Numbered from the stretch's first letter, positions 25,746 to 35,652 are shown. The stretch is DNA of 37,031 bases from a virus (IMGVR_UViG_3300020043_000552:1-37031); one strand, 5' to 3'. Numbers and translations are program-made. Notes: generated by a model not told the origin, from the sequence alone.

Positions 25746-27518
25746 TTACAGTACACCACCTGTTTCAAACACATAATCGGTACTTGCCCAATGGAAGTCA
25801 ATACCTTGTGACGCCACCTTCATAACTACGCCACCAGAGAATCCAATTCCTGTAACTCCTTGCCATTGGCGATTTAAAATAATTCCACCACCCCAGTAAT
25901 CTACATCCCAAATAGCCGAATCCCACTTTGCTGAAACCGTAGTTAATGGGTTAAATGTCACCGTTCCAATAGCGTTTGATATGTCAAAATCAGTACTTAC
26001 ACCACATAAAACGGTTGGTAGGGTGTTATCGGTAATGATGATTGGGCGTACCATCGTAAAGCGTTTTAGCGTACCCCTAGAATCAAAGTAGCTGTAAGCC
26101 TGTTGGCATGTAGCCTTAATGTTTTCGTTGTTGTCTGACGCTTGATCGTAAAAACGACCTACATAACCGTTGCCGCCAAAGAACATATCAGAAGTACCGC
26201 TAACTTCCCAGCAATTAGCTTCAATACCTGTAAATTGCCCCCAAGACTTTGTAATAGTGTGCATTACAAATTGCTGTGTGCCGCCTGTTATTGGCACATT
26301 TAAAATTAACATATTTTCAGAAGCAAAATAGTTAATTTGCCAACCAAAATTAGCGTAATAAGTCGTTGCAGCCTGACTTACAGCATAGTAAATCTTGTCA
26401 GTTAGGTTTATTCTAGGGTCTAAACGGGATGATTGGAGTGCTCCCGATAAAGGCACAAGTCCGTCCTGAGTTAGTAAAAGCAGGTCGCCAGCCCATTTAA
26501 AGAAGCATCTACGGGCAAAAGTTTGACCAAACTGCCATACGCCTTTTAATGCCCAATCAGCAGGGTTGGTGATGTCTGTACCTACATAGACCATGACTTC
26601 GCCCATGTTTGTAACAGCTACAAAATAGTCATCAGCACCTTGTCCAGCATCTAGTGTCCATGTACCAATAGCTTGTAAATAGCCACCGTTACGAGCAATA
26701 CCGCCAAAATCAAATGAAGTTGCAGCACCACCTATGGAATCTACATCTAAATACCAGCATTTAAGGCTATTTTCTTGGGTAAAAAATAGTCTGTTTTTGA
26801 ACAGATTGACGTTAGCAAAGGTGTTGCTATTTACGCCAGTAATGCCTAAAACTGTATAAGTTCCTACAACAGTAGCATCTGTAGCAGGTGCTGATGCCAT
26901 TGTGTAGGTAAATGTAGTTGTGCCTGTTACGGTAATTGTGAAAGAGCCGTTATAAGCTGATGGGGTTGCACCGCTGACTGTTACTCTATTTCCAGTAATT
27001 AAACCGTGTGCTGAAGCTGTTGTAAGGGTAGCAGTTAAATTACCTGTGCCACCCCTAGTAATAGTGCTTATTGTTTGGGCAGTAGTGGTGGTTGCCATTT
27101 TTGACCAACTTGTACCATCGTAAATCATGGTTGGGTCAACACCGTTACAAGCTACTAAAAAGTTGCCACCGCTAGTCGTAATATTGACGTGCTGAAACTT
27201 TGAATCTGATAGTCCAGTAAATACAGAAGTTGCCGCACCCGAGTTGGTTGCATCATAGATTACCCCGTTAGCAACGGCAAATAGCTTTTGACCGCTAGTA
27301 AAGTTGTAACTCATCAATGAGTAAACTTGCCCTGTGATGCCAGTAGCGTATTGAGAATAGCCTTTTCTAAGCGTTACATCAGATGGCGTAGGAAAGAAGT
27401 TTTCCAATACAACAGCATCCATTGGACTCATTTCCGCAATGGAATCTCTTGCGTTCCAACCGCCTAATGGAGCAGCAACCGATGTAGTTGTGGCTTTACG
27501 CCCTTGTGGTCGTGCCAT
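25746..27518 (-). CDS. Tail nozzle / packaged-DNA stabilisation protein with an inserted beta domain
   Basis: 590 aa beta-rich; APLGGWNARD; FKNRLFF; insert ATLTTASAHGLITGNRVTVSGATPSAYNG. Confidence 0.7.
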   Translation of the reverse strand: MARPQGRKATTTSVAAPLGGWNARDSIAEMSPMDAVVLENFFPTPSDVTLRKGYSQYATGITGQVYSLMSYNFTSGQKLFAVANGVIYDATNSGAATSVFTGLSDSKFQHVNITTSGGNFLVACNGVDPTMIYDGTSWSKMATTTTAQTISTITRGGTGNLTATLTTASAHGLITGNRVTVSGATPSAYNGSFTITVTGTTTFTYTMASAPATDATVVGTYTVLGITGVNSNTFANVNLFKNRLFFTQENSLKCWYLDVDSIGGAATSFDFGGIARNGGYLQAIGTWTLDAGQGADDYFVAVTNMGEVMVYVGTDITNPADWALKGVWQFGQTFARRCFFKWAGDLLLLTQDGLVPLSGALQSSRLDPRINLTDKIYYAVSQAATTYYANFGWQINYFASENMLILNVPITGGTQQFVMHTITKSWGQFTGIEANCWEVSGTSDMFFGGNGYVGRFYDQASDNNENIKATCQQAYSYFDSRGTLKRFTMVRPIIITDNTLPTVLCGVSTDFDISNAIGTVTFNPLTTVSAKWDSAIWDVDYWGGGIILNRQWQGVTGIGFSGGVVMKVASQGIDFHWASTDYVFETGGVL

Positions 27519-27520
27519 GT

Positions 27521-28426
27521 TTAACTACCGTAGCCAGTATCAGGGATATTAGCCCATCCAATAAGAACGGCACTTGGTTGTGGAGCAAAGGACAAAGTAG
27601 CAGAACCCTTGTCATTAGCTTTAACAATAGACAAGTAACGCATATAGTCTTGGTACAAAGCAGTTGTGTCAAAGTTCTTAATTTGGAAGTATTTAAGCTT
27701 GGTAGCCAAAACGATTAAACGATCATCAAATACGGTTGTATCAGTATCAGCAGTAAAACTGTTTTTAACTTCGTTTGTTAGACTGCGTACAAAGCCTTTA
27801 GAACGATACTCAAAACCTAAATACTCTTGGGTGTTGTAAGGCGGCCAAATCTGAAACTCATTGCCAAGAATACGCCAACGGACACGAGGGCCTGTTGAAA
27901 TATAGCCTGATTTAAGCCATTGCCATTGCTGTGCGTCAACTGGGCCAAGCATTTGCCAATGCTTCGTCTTATCCCAATGAGTATTGTCTGTAATGGTTTC
28001 GTAATCAGAAGGTAATGGGTAAATGGTCTTACTAAAGGTAACTGTGCCGCCTACGCTAGTTGCTGAAGCCTTTTGCGTAGTTGTAAGGCTATTTGGGCCA
28101 GTTACTGTATCAACATAGGTATCTTGGGGAATGCTTGTCCCAACAATAGAATAGGTGTTGTCCAGACCTGTGGTACTAGGAATGGCTAATAAAGTTTCTG
28201 AGCCATCAATAGTATCGCAGGTCGTGGTTATTGCAGTTGTGTAGAAACGATATTCCAACTCCAATGCTTGCCAATCATGTTCTTTTACTAAGTCGTAACC
28301 AGCACCGTTCATCAAAGCAAGAACTTGTTGCACGTCCTGTGATTGATTACCAATAACATAGGATGGTACGGATAAGTTTAGTTCAGCAGTGGTCTGTTGA
28401 ACCAATTGGAGCATTGTGTAGGACAT
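27521..28426 (-). CDS. Head-tail adaptor (tail tubular A-like)
   Basis: MTMLQLVQQ...W..L, YPLPSDY, IWPP; position after the capsid genes. Confidence 0.65.
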   Translation of the reverse strand: MSYTMLQLVQQTTAELNLSVPSYVIGNQSQDVQQVLALMNGAGYDLVKEHDWQALELEYRFYTTAITTTCDTIDGSETLLAIPSTTGLDNTYSIVGTSIPQDTYVDTVTGPNSLTTTQKASATSVGGTVTFSKTIYPLPSDYETITDNTHWDKTKHWQMLGPVDAQQWQWLKSGYISTGPRVRWRILGNEFQIWPPYNTQEYLGFEYRSKGFVRSLTNEVKNSFTADTDTTVFDDRLIVLATKLKYFQIKNFDTTALYQDYMRYLSIVKANDKGSATLSFAPQPSAVLIGWANIPDTGYGS

Positions 28427-28428
28427 AT

Positions 28429-29076
28429 TTAGACTTCCTCTGTGGCTACCGCTTTTTTACGGGGTTTCTTTTCACCAACAGCGGCAAGTATAGCGGCCAT
28501 TTGCTCTTGCATTTGAGCCAGCTTCGCATCTGTTTCTGCCTTAATTTTAGCAGTTTCTTGCTCCTTTTTGGCAAGTTCTTCTTTCAAAGCGTTAATTTCT
28601 GTTTCACGCTTATCAGTTTCTGCCGCATTGGTAGCTAGATTTAAAAATGCCCTTGCCTTATCACGGAAAGCATACGGTGACATTCCTGCCGCCATACCCA
28701 TGCGTTGCAAATGTTGATCTGATGCGCCTGCAATAGATTCTACTGTGTGAAATTTTAATGCCCGCAGTTCTTCCGCTTGGGATTTGGACACTATTGGCCA
28801 CTCAGATACAGGTGTACCTACTACTTCTTGGTCATCTGCACCTACTCGGTTTTGATAGTGTGCCCATTGGATTGGGAAGCGTACTTTATGGTTGTTTAAC
28901 GCATAGGTATCAATTTCAGTCAAAGAATCGCCAGCAACGCAAATATGTACAAAATCAAACTCTTTGTAGATTGGTCTGCCAGCATCTAAAGATTCTTGCT
29001 CTTGTTTGATTGCTCGCTTGTAAAAGCGAACTTGCAAGCGTGAATCTGCATTTTGCTCATCTGATGGTAAAGCCAT
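28429..29076 (-). CDS. Conserved phage protein (GTP..EWP, FHTVESIA, coiled coil)
   Basis: 215 aa; GGAG RBS. Confidence 0.7.
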   Translation of the reverse strand: MALPSDEQNADSRLQVRFYKRAIKQEQESLDAGRPIYKEFDFVHICVAGDSLTEIDTYALNNHKVRFPIQWAHYQNRVGADDQEVVGTPVSEWPIVSKSQAEELRALKFHTVESIAGASDQHLQRMGMAAGMSPYAFRDKARAFLNLATNAAETDKRETEINALKEELAKKEQETAKIKAETDAKLAQMQEQMAAILAAVGEKKPRKKAVATEEV

Positions 29077-29115
29077 TTTTAAATCTCCTTCAAGGTATTA
29101 AAGGTACAACGGTTG

Positions 29116-29146
29116 AAAAAAAGGGGCTACCAGTTAAGGTAACCCC
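29116..29146 (-). terminator. Rho-independent terminator after the capsid/decoration genes
   Basis: GGGGTTACC-TTAACT-GGTAGCCCC followed by T7 on the minus strand. Confidence 0.85.
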
Positions 29147-29168
29147 CTGTTTTTACTACATTTTGCTA

Positions 29169-29462
29169 TTAAACGCTAGCTGCTGAGAACCAGCCATAAT
29201 CGCCTGAAGCCATTGAAGCGCCTGACAAATATGTACCTGCACCCAAAGTTACTTGGAATGTAGAAGCGTTAACTACGCAAGTTGCTGTAGAAGCTGCAAT
29301 AGCCGCACCAGCTTGTGCGAAAACATAACGCTTGCCGTCAGAACCAAAAGTTTCAGCACCCAAAGGGCCAAAAGTTGGAACTGCTGTGCCAGCAGAGTTT
29401 TCGTTTGTAGTGGTTGTGTTAACTAAGTCAACGCCACTAATAGGGAGTACTGAATATGCCAT
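29169..29462 (-). CDS. Capsid decoration/cement protein
   Basis: 97 aa Ala-rich, immediately after the MCP; G..YVFAQA, GDYGWF. Confidence 0.7.
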   Translation of the reverse strand: MAYSVLPISGVDLVNTTTTNENSAGTAVPTFGPLGAETFGSDGKRYVFAQAGAAIAASTATCVVNASTFQVTLGAGTYLSGASMASGDYGWFSAASV

Positions 29463-29489
29463 GATAATTTCCTTTAATTAGTTGGTTGA

Positions 29490-30289
29490 TTAAGCTGTAC
29501 CAGTCAAAACACCTTGCAAGAAGCTGTTTGAGCAAGTTAAGTTACCAGCCCAACCATACAACTTAACAATAGCGTCTTGGTTGATTGATTGACGCTCACC
29601 ACCAATAGGTACAAAGTTACGCTCTTTGTGTGGGCGTAGGAAGATGTAGTTGGTGTTCAAGAAGTACATATAGTTTGCAGTTTCTTGTGCGCCATAACCG
29701 CCACCTAATACCACGTCAGCAGACATACCACCACCGTAGAACTTGAGGGATGCAAAACCAGCCGCACCTTCGTCTACACCAGCGATACGCTGAATAGCTT
29801 GCAAAGAAGCTACATAGCGTTGATACAGAGTGTTACCAGCAACAATTAAGTCAACCTTATCAGTTCCACGAACAGATTTGATAGCGGCTGAAGTCATAGC
29901 AGCTTGGATTACTGTAGAAGAATCAGCACCTGTGGAAGATTGGTTTTGCCAGAAAGTCCAGTTAGCACGGTTAATACCACCGTATGTACCAGTTGTATTA
30001 GAAACTGGAACTGCAGCAGCTAAACCAGTAATGTTCTTACCGCCATTACCTGTACCGTCACCATAAAGGTCACCTGAAATACGGTTAAGCAAACGTGCTT
30101 CAGAAACTTGCATACGACCATCTAACAAGTCAATGATTGCTTCTTTAGAGCTATTTTGCAACATTTCTAAACCACTCATTGTTACGCTATCAGCGTACTG
30201 AGTAATAGAGAATTGAGCAGCAGAAATAGGGCTATCAGGGGTGATATTAAGCACCTCATAGCCACTATAGCTGTTAGCGTTATTTGTTG
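29490..30289 (-). CDS. Major capsid protein, exon 2
   Basis: Frame continues upstream of the called GTG (TNNANSYSGYEVLNITPD...); joins exon 1 in frame after intron removal, giving 327 aa. Confidence 0.9.
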
Positions 30290-30543
30290 CATTCTGTTAC
30301 TTCAGCTTTCGCTTACTGACCACTTTCGTGGCGGGGTATGTTCTTCGACTTACCCTCTAGGACTTCTGCTAACTTAAGTTATATCCTAGTTCAGACTATC
30401 GCACCACCTTTTCAGGTGTTTTCTCACTTAGTCGTTCACGGTGCTTTTTATCGCTTCCGCCCTGTTGTCCCCTTCGGGAGTTCCAAGTCAATCAGAGAAA
30501 ATTATTCAATTTGCGTTTTAATGCAAAAGGCCGCCAGAAATTA
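30290..30543 (-). ncRNA. Group I self-splicing intron (254 nt, no ORF) in the major capsid gene
   Basis: Exon ends in U and intron ends in G; P1 CCGU/GCGG with U-G; P3 UUUUCUC/GAGAAAA; P7 GACUA/UAGUC; P8 CACCU-GAAA-AGGUG; P9 CUAGGA/UCCUAG; GNRA-capped 3' hairpins. Confidence 0.92.
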
Positions 30544-30727
30544 ACGGGTCATTGTACATAATTTCCTCGAGTATGACGTTACCGCCTGAGAATGGGCGTA
30601 CGTTACCTTTGGAGTTCAATCGCTGAAGAATTGCGTTGTTTTGTGTCAAGTTGTCTGCCAATACTCCGCTACGGCTTTGAATGGTAGTAGCGATAATATC
30701 GGTGATTGCTGAGTTAGCAAATGCCAT
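30544..30727 (-). CDS. Major capsid protein, exon 1
   Basis: MAFANSAITDIIATTIQSRSG...EEIMYNDP; unspliced frame stops at 30518 inside the intron. Confidence 0.9.
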
Positions 30728-30750
30728 GATATTTCCTTTATTAAATTAAG

Positions 30751-31869
30751 TTAAACCCGACCACTCTCAGCTTCGGCTAATTGAGCCATCAGCATTGAGC
30801 GTCTGTCCTTTGCATCTGCTTTATTCACTTGTCCGCTAGGTGTAACGGATTTCGGGCTGACTGCAGTTGCTTTGGCCTTTGCTACTTGTTGTGCCTTAGA
30901 TGCTTGGGTACTAGCAGATTTCAGGAGTTTATCCTGCTCTAACTTGTACGCTTCATCGTTCATACGCACAGCTTTGGCATAAGCCGATTCAAGGTCTTGG
31001 GCTAAACCTCGCTCAAGTAATTGAGCCATATCTTCCCTTACCATGTCAAAGTGCGGAAACCGCTCTTTGTTACTGCTTACACGGCTGATTTCTTGAGCCA
31101 ACCGTGCATTTTCCTCTTGCTCCCGAATCGCTGACAGTTGCTGAACTTGTTGCTGAGTAGCTTGAAGTTGTTGCATTAACTGCTGTTGATACGGGTCTAC
31201 ATACGCCTGTTCAGGCATCTGAAGTGCATCTTGATTTAATTGTACGCCATAGTCTTGTGCAAGTCTATGGAACATTTGTACCTTTTGTTCGTATGTTCCG
31301 TTGGCTAAAGTGTAGTGCGCTCTGCCTAGATTTTGAATCCAAGATACTGGGTGGATTCCATGTTTTTGCAGTTCAGGGACAAATGGGCCAATAGCTTCGG
31401 TCAATTGACGAGCATTGTCAGCTTCTGCTTTGTAGGCAGATACGCCACGCTTGTACTCAGCTTCACGTTGGTTGGCATACTCGGCAAACCTGACAAAATC
31501 TTCTTTTTTGAGCGGCTCGCCCTTTTCCATTTTGTTCCAAATTTCCACATATTCTTTTTTCCATGTGGTTGGACGCTTTATTTCTTCATCAACATCACTA
31601 GCTTCTGCAGCCAGTTCAGGTTGTTGATCGGTATTGTCTTGGCTACTGGCTTCTTCGGACTTACTTTTGAAACGACCTTTTTCGTCACGGTCGTTGCTTT
31701 CTTCAGGGCTGGCTTCTTCTTCGCTACTGCTTTCTTCGCTGGCGTTTTCTGCTTGGATTGGGTCGTCATTTACTTCAATCTCCTTTTCAATTGGTGCTTC
31801 TAAAGTACCTTCTTCAGCTTGTTCTAATGCGGCTTCAAGCATCTCCCTGCGGTCTAATTCTTCTGCCAT
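30751..31869 (-). CDS. Capsid scaffolding protein, copy B
   Basis: Homologous to 183..1241; AAGGAG RBS before ATG 31869. Confidence 0.75.
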   Translation of the reverse strand: MAEELDRREMLEAALEQAEEGTLEAPIEKEIEVNDDPIQAENASEESSSEEEASPEESNDRDEKGRFKSKSEEASSQDNTDQQPELAAEASDVDEEIKRPTTWKKEYVEIWNKMEKGEPLKKEDFVRFAEYANQREAEYKRGVSAYKAEADNARQLTEAIGPFVPELQKHGIHPVSWIQNLGRAHYTLANGTYEQKVQMFHRLAQDYGVQLNQDALQMPEQAYVDPYQQQLMQQLQATQQQVQQLSAIREQEENARLAQEISRVSSNKERFPHFDMVREDMAQLLERGLAQDLESAYAKAVRMNDEAYKLEQDKLLKSASTQASKAQQVAKAKATAVSPKSVTPSGQVNKADAKDRRSMLMAQLAEAESGRV

Positions 31870-31879
31870 TTCCTGCTCC

Positions 31880-32272
31880 TTATCTAAGTTTTGCGTATGC
31901 AAGTTCCGCAATTTGACGCTTGCGTGATTCGTTTTCTGCCCTGCTTAATGTGTGCTTTTTCTGCTCCATTGGCACATCATTGCCTATTTCAATGCAATTG
32001 TTGCGTTTAAGGTTTTCACGGTGCTTAGAACGGGAAGATACCCATTGACCGTCAGCCATGCTGATGTGACCTTCTATGTCAGGCATAACCATTGGGGCTT
32101 CCCTACGGGTCATTTCCTGCTTTTGCTTCCAAGCTTCATCAGCTTCTGCTCCTTCAAATGGCAAATTCCAATAAGCAAGGTACTTTTCACGGTCATCATA
32201 CTGTTGTGGGTCGTATTCTTCGTGGTCAACCTTGCAATGTGGGCAAGTTACGGTGATTTTCACTAATGCCAT
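31880..32272 (-). CDS. Conserved CxxC phage protein, copy B
   Basis: Homologous to 1266..1646. Confidence 0.8.
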   Translation of the reverse strand: MALVKITVTCPHCKVDHEEYDPQQYDDREKYLAYWNLPFEGAEADEAWKQKQEMTRREAPMVMPDIEGHISMADGQWVSSRSKHRENLKRNNCIEIGNDVPMEQKKHTLSRAENESRKRQIAELAYAKLR

Positions 32273-33165
32273 TACATTCTCCTTATAAGTTCAGGTACTT
32301 TGTGGTATTCGTGAGGGCGTAGGGCAATAACGCTGTCGTACCAACGACCGTGTTTCCAACGCCAGCAAACAAATTCTTCTTTAGGTAGCAAAACAATGGT
32401 TTTTACGCCTAATGCACCAGCAAGATGAGCCGTTCCTGTGTCTACAGTTACCACGCCCTTGCAAGCTTTAATATGTGCGGCAGATTTAACCCAATCTTTT
32501 TTCCATCCATCATCAGGTAATGGGTGAAATAAGCCTTCTGTTTTAGGATTTAAGCTGTAACAGTCTGAGCCAGTTAATTTTTCCATCTCCAGCATATCCA
32601 TAGATTTGATGTAATACAGGATTTGCTTGGAAGCTTCCCAATTTACGCCAATTTTGGCTGGAATATTGGATGGCTGGGCGTGTAAATAGCCTTCAGAACC
32701 TACAATTTTGTCTTTTGTAACAGGAAATAGGGCTTTTACCGCAGGATGTGCCAAAGATATGTAATAAGGCAGCGACATTGAGCCAATCCAGTAGTCACAG
32801 GCTTCTGCGTCACCTATACCGATCTCATTGGTAAAAACATCAACGCATTCAAGCTGCCCAAAAAGGTGATGTAGGCTGGATTCTTGCAAAACTACTACTT
32901 TTGCTGCACCCATAGCCTTTAATGCAGGTAAAAAACGAGCAAATTGAAGAATATCCCCAAATCCTTGCTCCATTTGTACTGCAATAGACTTACCTAATAG
33001 GCTTTCACCACGCCAAACTGGTACTTTTAAAGATGGGCCAACTCCAGTCGGCTGATCCGCAATGATGTCAGGATGCCAACGATACTCAAAAAGCCTAAAA
33101 CCTTGTTCATAACGTCCAGCGTGTAGATGGTCGTAAGCTTTCTTATATTCTGCGTGTGGATTTAT
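32272..33165 (-). CDS. GT9-like glycosyltransferase, copy B (non-canonical start; first ATG at 32973)
   Basis: 64 open codons upstream of the ATG match copy A (NPHA.YK.AY.HLH.GRY..GFRLFEYRWHPDI..WRGESLL). Confidence 0.75.
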   Translation of the reverse strand: MNPHAEYKKAYDHLHAGRYEQGFRLFEYRWHPDIIADQPTGVGPSLKVPVWRGESLLGKSIAVQMEQGFGDILQFARFLPALKAMGAAKVVVLQESSLHHLFGQLECVDVFTNEIGIGDAEACDYWIGSMSLPYYISLAHPAVKALFPVTKDKIVGSEGYLHAQPSNIPAKIGVNWEASKQILYYIKSMDMLEMEKLTGSDCYSLNPKTEGLFHPLPDDGWKKDWVKSAAHIKACKGVVTVDTGTAHLAGALGVKTIVLLPKEEFVCWRWKHGRWYDSVIALRPHEYHKVPELIRRM

Positions 33166-33644
33166 ATTAATAGTAATATTGCTGCCTCATCGTCAAGTTC
33201 CTCTTGGCGTTTGGCTTCCATTACTCGCAATTGCTCTTGAATGAGATATTGCTGGTGTCTGTAAGCTACTGCCTCAAGGATGTTATCCCGTTGTCTTTCA
33301 AGGTAGCTTATAGACCGCTGTAATTCTTGTGTATCGACTGACGGTATATCAGCTTTAACCTCTTGAATTGATTGTACTTTAGATTGCTTAACTTTTGCAA
33401 CAGGCGTAGGATCAATCTGTTCCTTAAATGCATTTTTGCGTTCTGCATTTGCTTCTTTGGTAGCCTGATCTAACTTACGTTGACGATCGGCAATCTTTGC
33501 AGATAATCTGCGTAACCGCTTTAAATCTTCAGGCGTCCATGTAGCGTCATCACCACCAGTTAAGTTATTGGTTGGTGTAGGCGATACATAGACCTGAAAT
33601 GCGTTGTTTTGAAACGCATTGGCTTGGAAAGCTGTTGCAAACAT
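33162..33644 (-). CDS. AFQ-repeat coiled-coil protein, copy B
   Basis: Homologous to 2539..3015 (AFQ repeats, TGG, EAKRQ.ELDDE). Confidence 0.8.
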   Translation of the reverse strand: MFATAFQANAFQNNAFQVYVSPTPTNNLTGGDDATWTPEDLKRLRRLSAKIADRQRKLDQATKEANAERKNAFKEQIDPTPVAKVKQSKVQSIQEVKADIPSVDTQELQRSISYLERQRDNILEAVAYRHQQYLIQEQLRVMEAKRQEELDDEAAILLLI

Positions 33645-33666
33645 TAGTTAGCTTTTTGCAAACAAA

Positions 33667-33960
33667 TTAAGGTGTGTTTGTAGGCTGTTCTTCTACTGGG
33701 GCAACATAAGGTGTCCAAGCATCATAAACGGCTAAACAAGCAACTGCCCACTCAGGCAATGCTGTAATCATCTCATTTGGCAGGGTTATGTCATCAGAAC
33801 CTTTTTCAAACTCAATCCAGCCTTTTGTTTCTTCCCATTGCAATGCGTGAACATTGCTAGGGATGTTGCAGCTTGTTAAGTCCAAATCATTAGGGACTTG
33901 GGCTCGCATAACGCCATCTTTGTAAACGGCTTTGTCTGAAGGGATGATTGTTAATTTCAT
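33667..33960 (-). CDS. Fibre-associated small protein
   Basis: MKLTIIPSD...HALQW...GWIE pattern; located in the fibre cassette. Confidence 0.6.
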   Translation of the reverse strand: MKLTIIPSDKAVYKDGVMRAQVPNDLDLTSCNIPSNVHALQWEETKGWIEFEKGSDDITLPNEMITALPEWAVACLAVYDAWTPYVAPVEEQPTNTP

Positions 33961-34271
33961 TAGTTATTCTCCAAAATCATAGTTTGTGCTTGTTGTGGGA
34001 CACCTGCGGCCGCTAATAAAACCTTTTGACCTACTTCGTTTGCTTTGACCATTTCGTTGCGAAATGATTCAACCGCAGCACCTGTTTGGCGTTGTTGTTG
34101 ACTGTTTTCAATTGTTAGGATCGGCAACCAAGCCATTGAACAACCCCATTCTTCGATTTCTTTACCTGTATTGGGGTTGTTGCCAACTACCTTCATAAAC
34201 CATGCACACTCCATTTGACGGCATGGCTCAAAGTTATTTAATGGACAGTTTGATTTAGGTTCTAGTTTCAT
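33960..34271 (-). CDS. Fibre-associated Cys-rich protein
   Basis: CPL...C....CAWF, WGC, QTGAAVESFRNEMVKAN. Confidence 0.65.
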   Translation of the reverse strand: MKLEPKSNCPLNNFEPCRQMECAWFMKVVGNNPNTGKEIEEWGCSMAWLPILTIENSQQQRQTGAAVESFRNEMVKANEVGQKVLLAAAGVPQQAQTMILENN

Positions 34272-35500
34272 TGGGTTTTTTGTGTTGTTGTGCTATCAGT
34301 TAATTTAACTTCTAAATTGATAACTTGTTCTTCTAAGGCAGTTACTTTAGCGTTTAGTTCTTTTACTGCATTTATAAGATACCAAACCAAATTATCAGAA
34401 TCAACCGACAAAACACCAGTAGATTCTTCTTTTACGAATTCACTCGATACTTGTTGAATTTCTTGAGCAATAACACCTAATTGAACACCTTTACGATTAA
34501 TGGCACAAACTGGGTCTAATTCAATAATTTCTTCAGGCAAACGATATTCAAAATTGCGTATTTGAATTTTAGTAATTTTATCTAAGCCAGTATTGTTATC
34601 AACAATGTTTTTCTTTAATCGCTGGTCAGAAGTAGTATTCCAAGTTGTAGAGTTACCACCATTGTATGTTGAAGAAGATGCAATATATCCTGTGTAATTG
34701 CCTTTTCCAACCGCTCCAGCAAAACCCATTACCATTTCTTGAGTTACAGAAGCTGAAGATGCTTGAACTCCTTGACCGATAAAAACATTGTAATTACCTG
34801 TGGTTAAATTACTTCCAGCTTGATAACCTAATGCCGTATTGTTGGCACCAGTTGTAACTGATTGAAACGCACTTCCACCAATCGCAGTATTGTAATCTGC
34901 TGTAGTTGTTGAATAAAGCGTTCTATAACCAACTCCAACATTGAAGTCATGGTCTGTGCCTGCATATCCAGATTGATAGCCAACCATTACAGAGTTTGAG
35001 CCTGTTTGATTGCTAAATCCAGCTTGATAGCCTACTGCTGTATTGCTGCTGGCTGTCGTGTTGTTTTGCAAAGCATCTTGTCCGATTGCAACATGATAAC
35101 TTCCTGTGCTGTTGTAATACATAGCATTTACACCAAAAACGCTACTTCCTACACCAGTCGAATTTGTTTGATGAGCGTAAGCTCCAACAACTGTATTGTT
35201 ATCGCCTGTTGTATTTAATCCAGCTTGAAAACCAACATGAGTTGTATTGTTAGTAGTTGTTCCTGAATATCCAGCTTTGTATCCAATGGCAGTTCTATTG
35301 GAACCACTTGTGTTTGAATTTAAAGTTTGATACCCAGCAACTGTATTGCTAGATACAGCGCCACCACCCTTACCAACTGTAAGTCCTGAAATAGAAGCAT
35401 CACCAGTAAATACTGGGTTTACAGAAGAAATGCCTGTAGATTGAGTGGTGCTATCACTAAAAGTAATAGATGGGCTTGAGCCATTGATAATAGTAGTCAT
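34268..35500 (-). CDS. Fibre/spike with NTA.G repeats and C-terminal S74 autocleaving chaperone
   Basis: Repeated NTAVGYQAG-like units; TSDQRLKKNI...GVIAQE...LINAVKEL. Confidence 0.85.
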   Translation of the reverse strand: MTTIINGSSPSITFSDSTTQSTGISSVNPVFTGDASISGLTVGKGGGAVSSNTVAGYQTLNSNTSGSNRTAIGYKAGYSGTTTNNTTHVGFQAGLNTTGDNNTVVGAYAHQTNSTGVGSSVFGVNAMYYNSTGSYHVAIGQDALQNNTTASSNTAVGYQAGFSNQTGSNSVMVGYQSGYAGTDHDFNVGVGYRTLYSTTTADYNTAIGGSAFQSVTTGANNTALGYQAGSNLTTGNYNVFIGQGVQASSASVTQEMVMGFAGAVGKGNYTGYIASSSTYNGGNSTTWNTTSDQRLKKNIVDNNTGLDKITKIQIRNFEYRLPEEIIELDPVCAINRKGVQLGVIAQEIQQVSSEFVKEESTGVLSVDSDNLVWYLINAVKELNAKVTALEEQVINLEVKLTDSTTTQKTQ

Positions 35501-35652
35501 TCTGCTTCCTCTGGTGTATTGCCTTCTTCAACCCATTTTAGGTAGGCTTGGTAGTCTGTGTTGGCTTCATCAAAAGGGACTATTGCATTGTCGCTTAATC
35601 TCTTAATACAGTTTGCAACATTACCAAAAGTGTCTTTACATTGTTGATACAT
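35497..35652 (-). CDS. Small fibre-assembly-like protein (51 aa)
   Basis: Hand translation ...IVPFDEANTDYQAYLKWVEEGNTPEEAE. Confidence 0.7.
   Translation of the reverse strand: MYQQCKDTFGNVANCIKRLSDNAIVPFDEANTDYQAYLKWVEEGNTPEEAE

Larger units (their letters stand above)
30586..33644. repeat. Diverged direct repeat of window 1-3015 (capsid 5' end through AFQ protein)
   Basis: Same five genes in the same order; window bases 1-16 identical to 30586-30601. Confidence 0.9.

Noticed and set aside
30338-30544. 68-aa plus-strand ORF inside the intron as a homing endonuclease
   Set aside because: Antisense to the intron, no HNH/GIY-YIG/LAGLIDADG motif, and coincides with the ribozyme core
29490-30727. 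Capsid as a pseudogene or two separate genes
   Set aside because: The intervening 254 nt form a complete group I core and precise removal restores the frame
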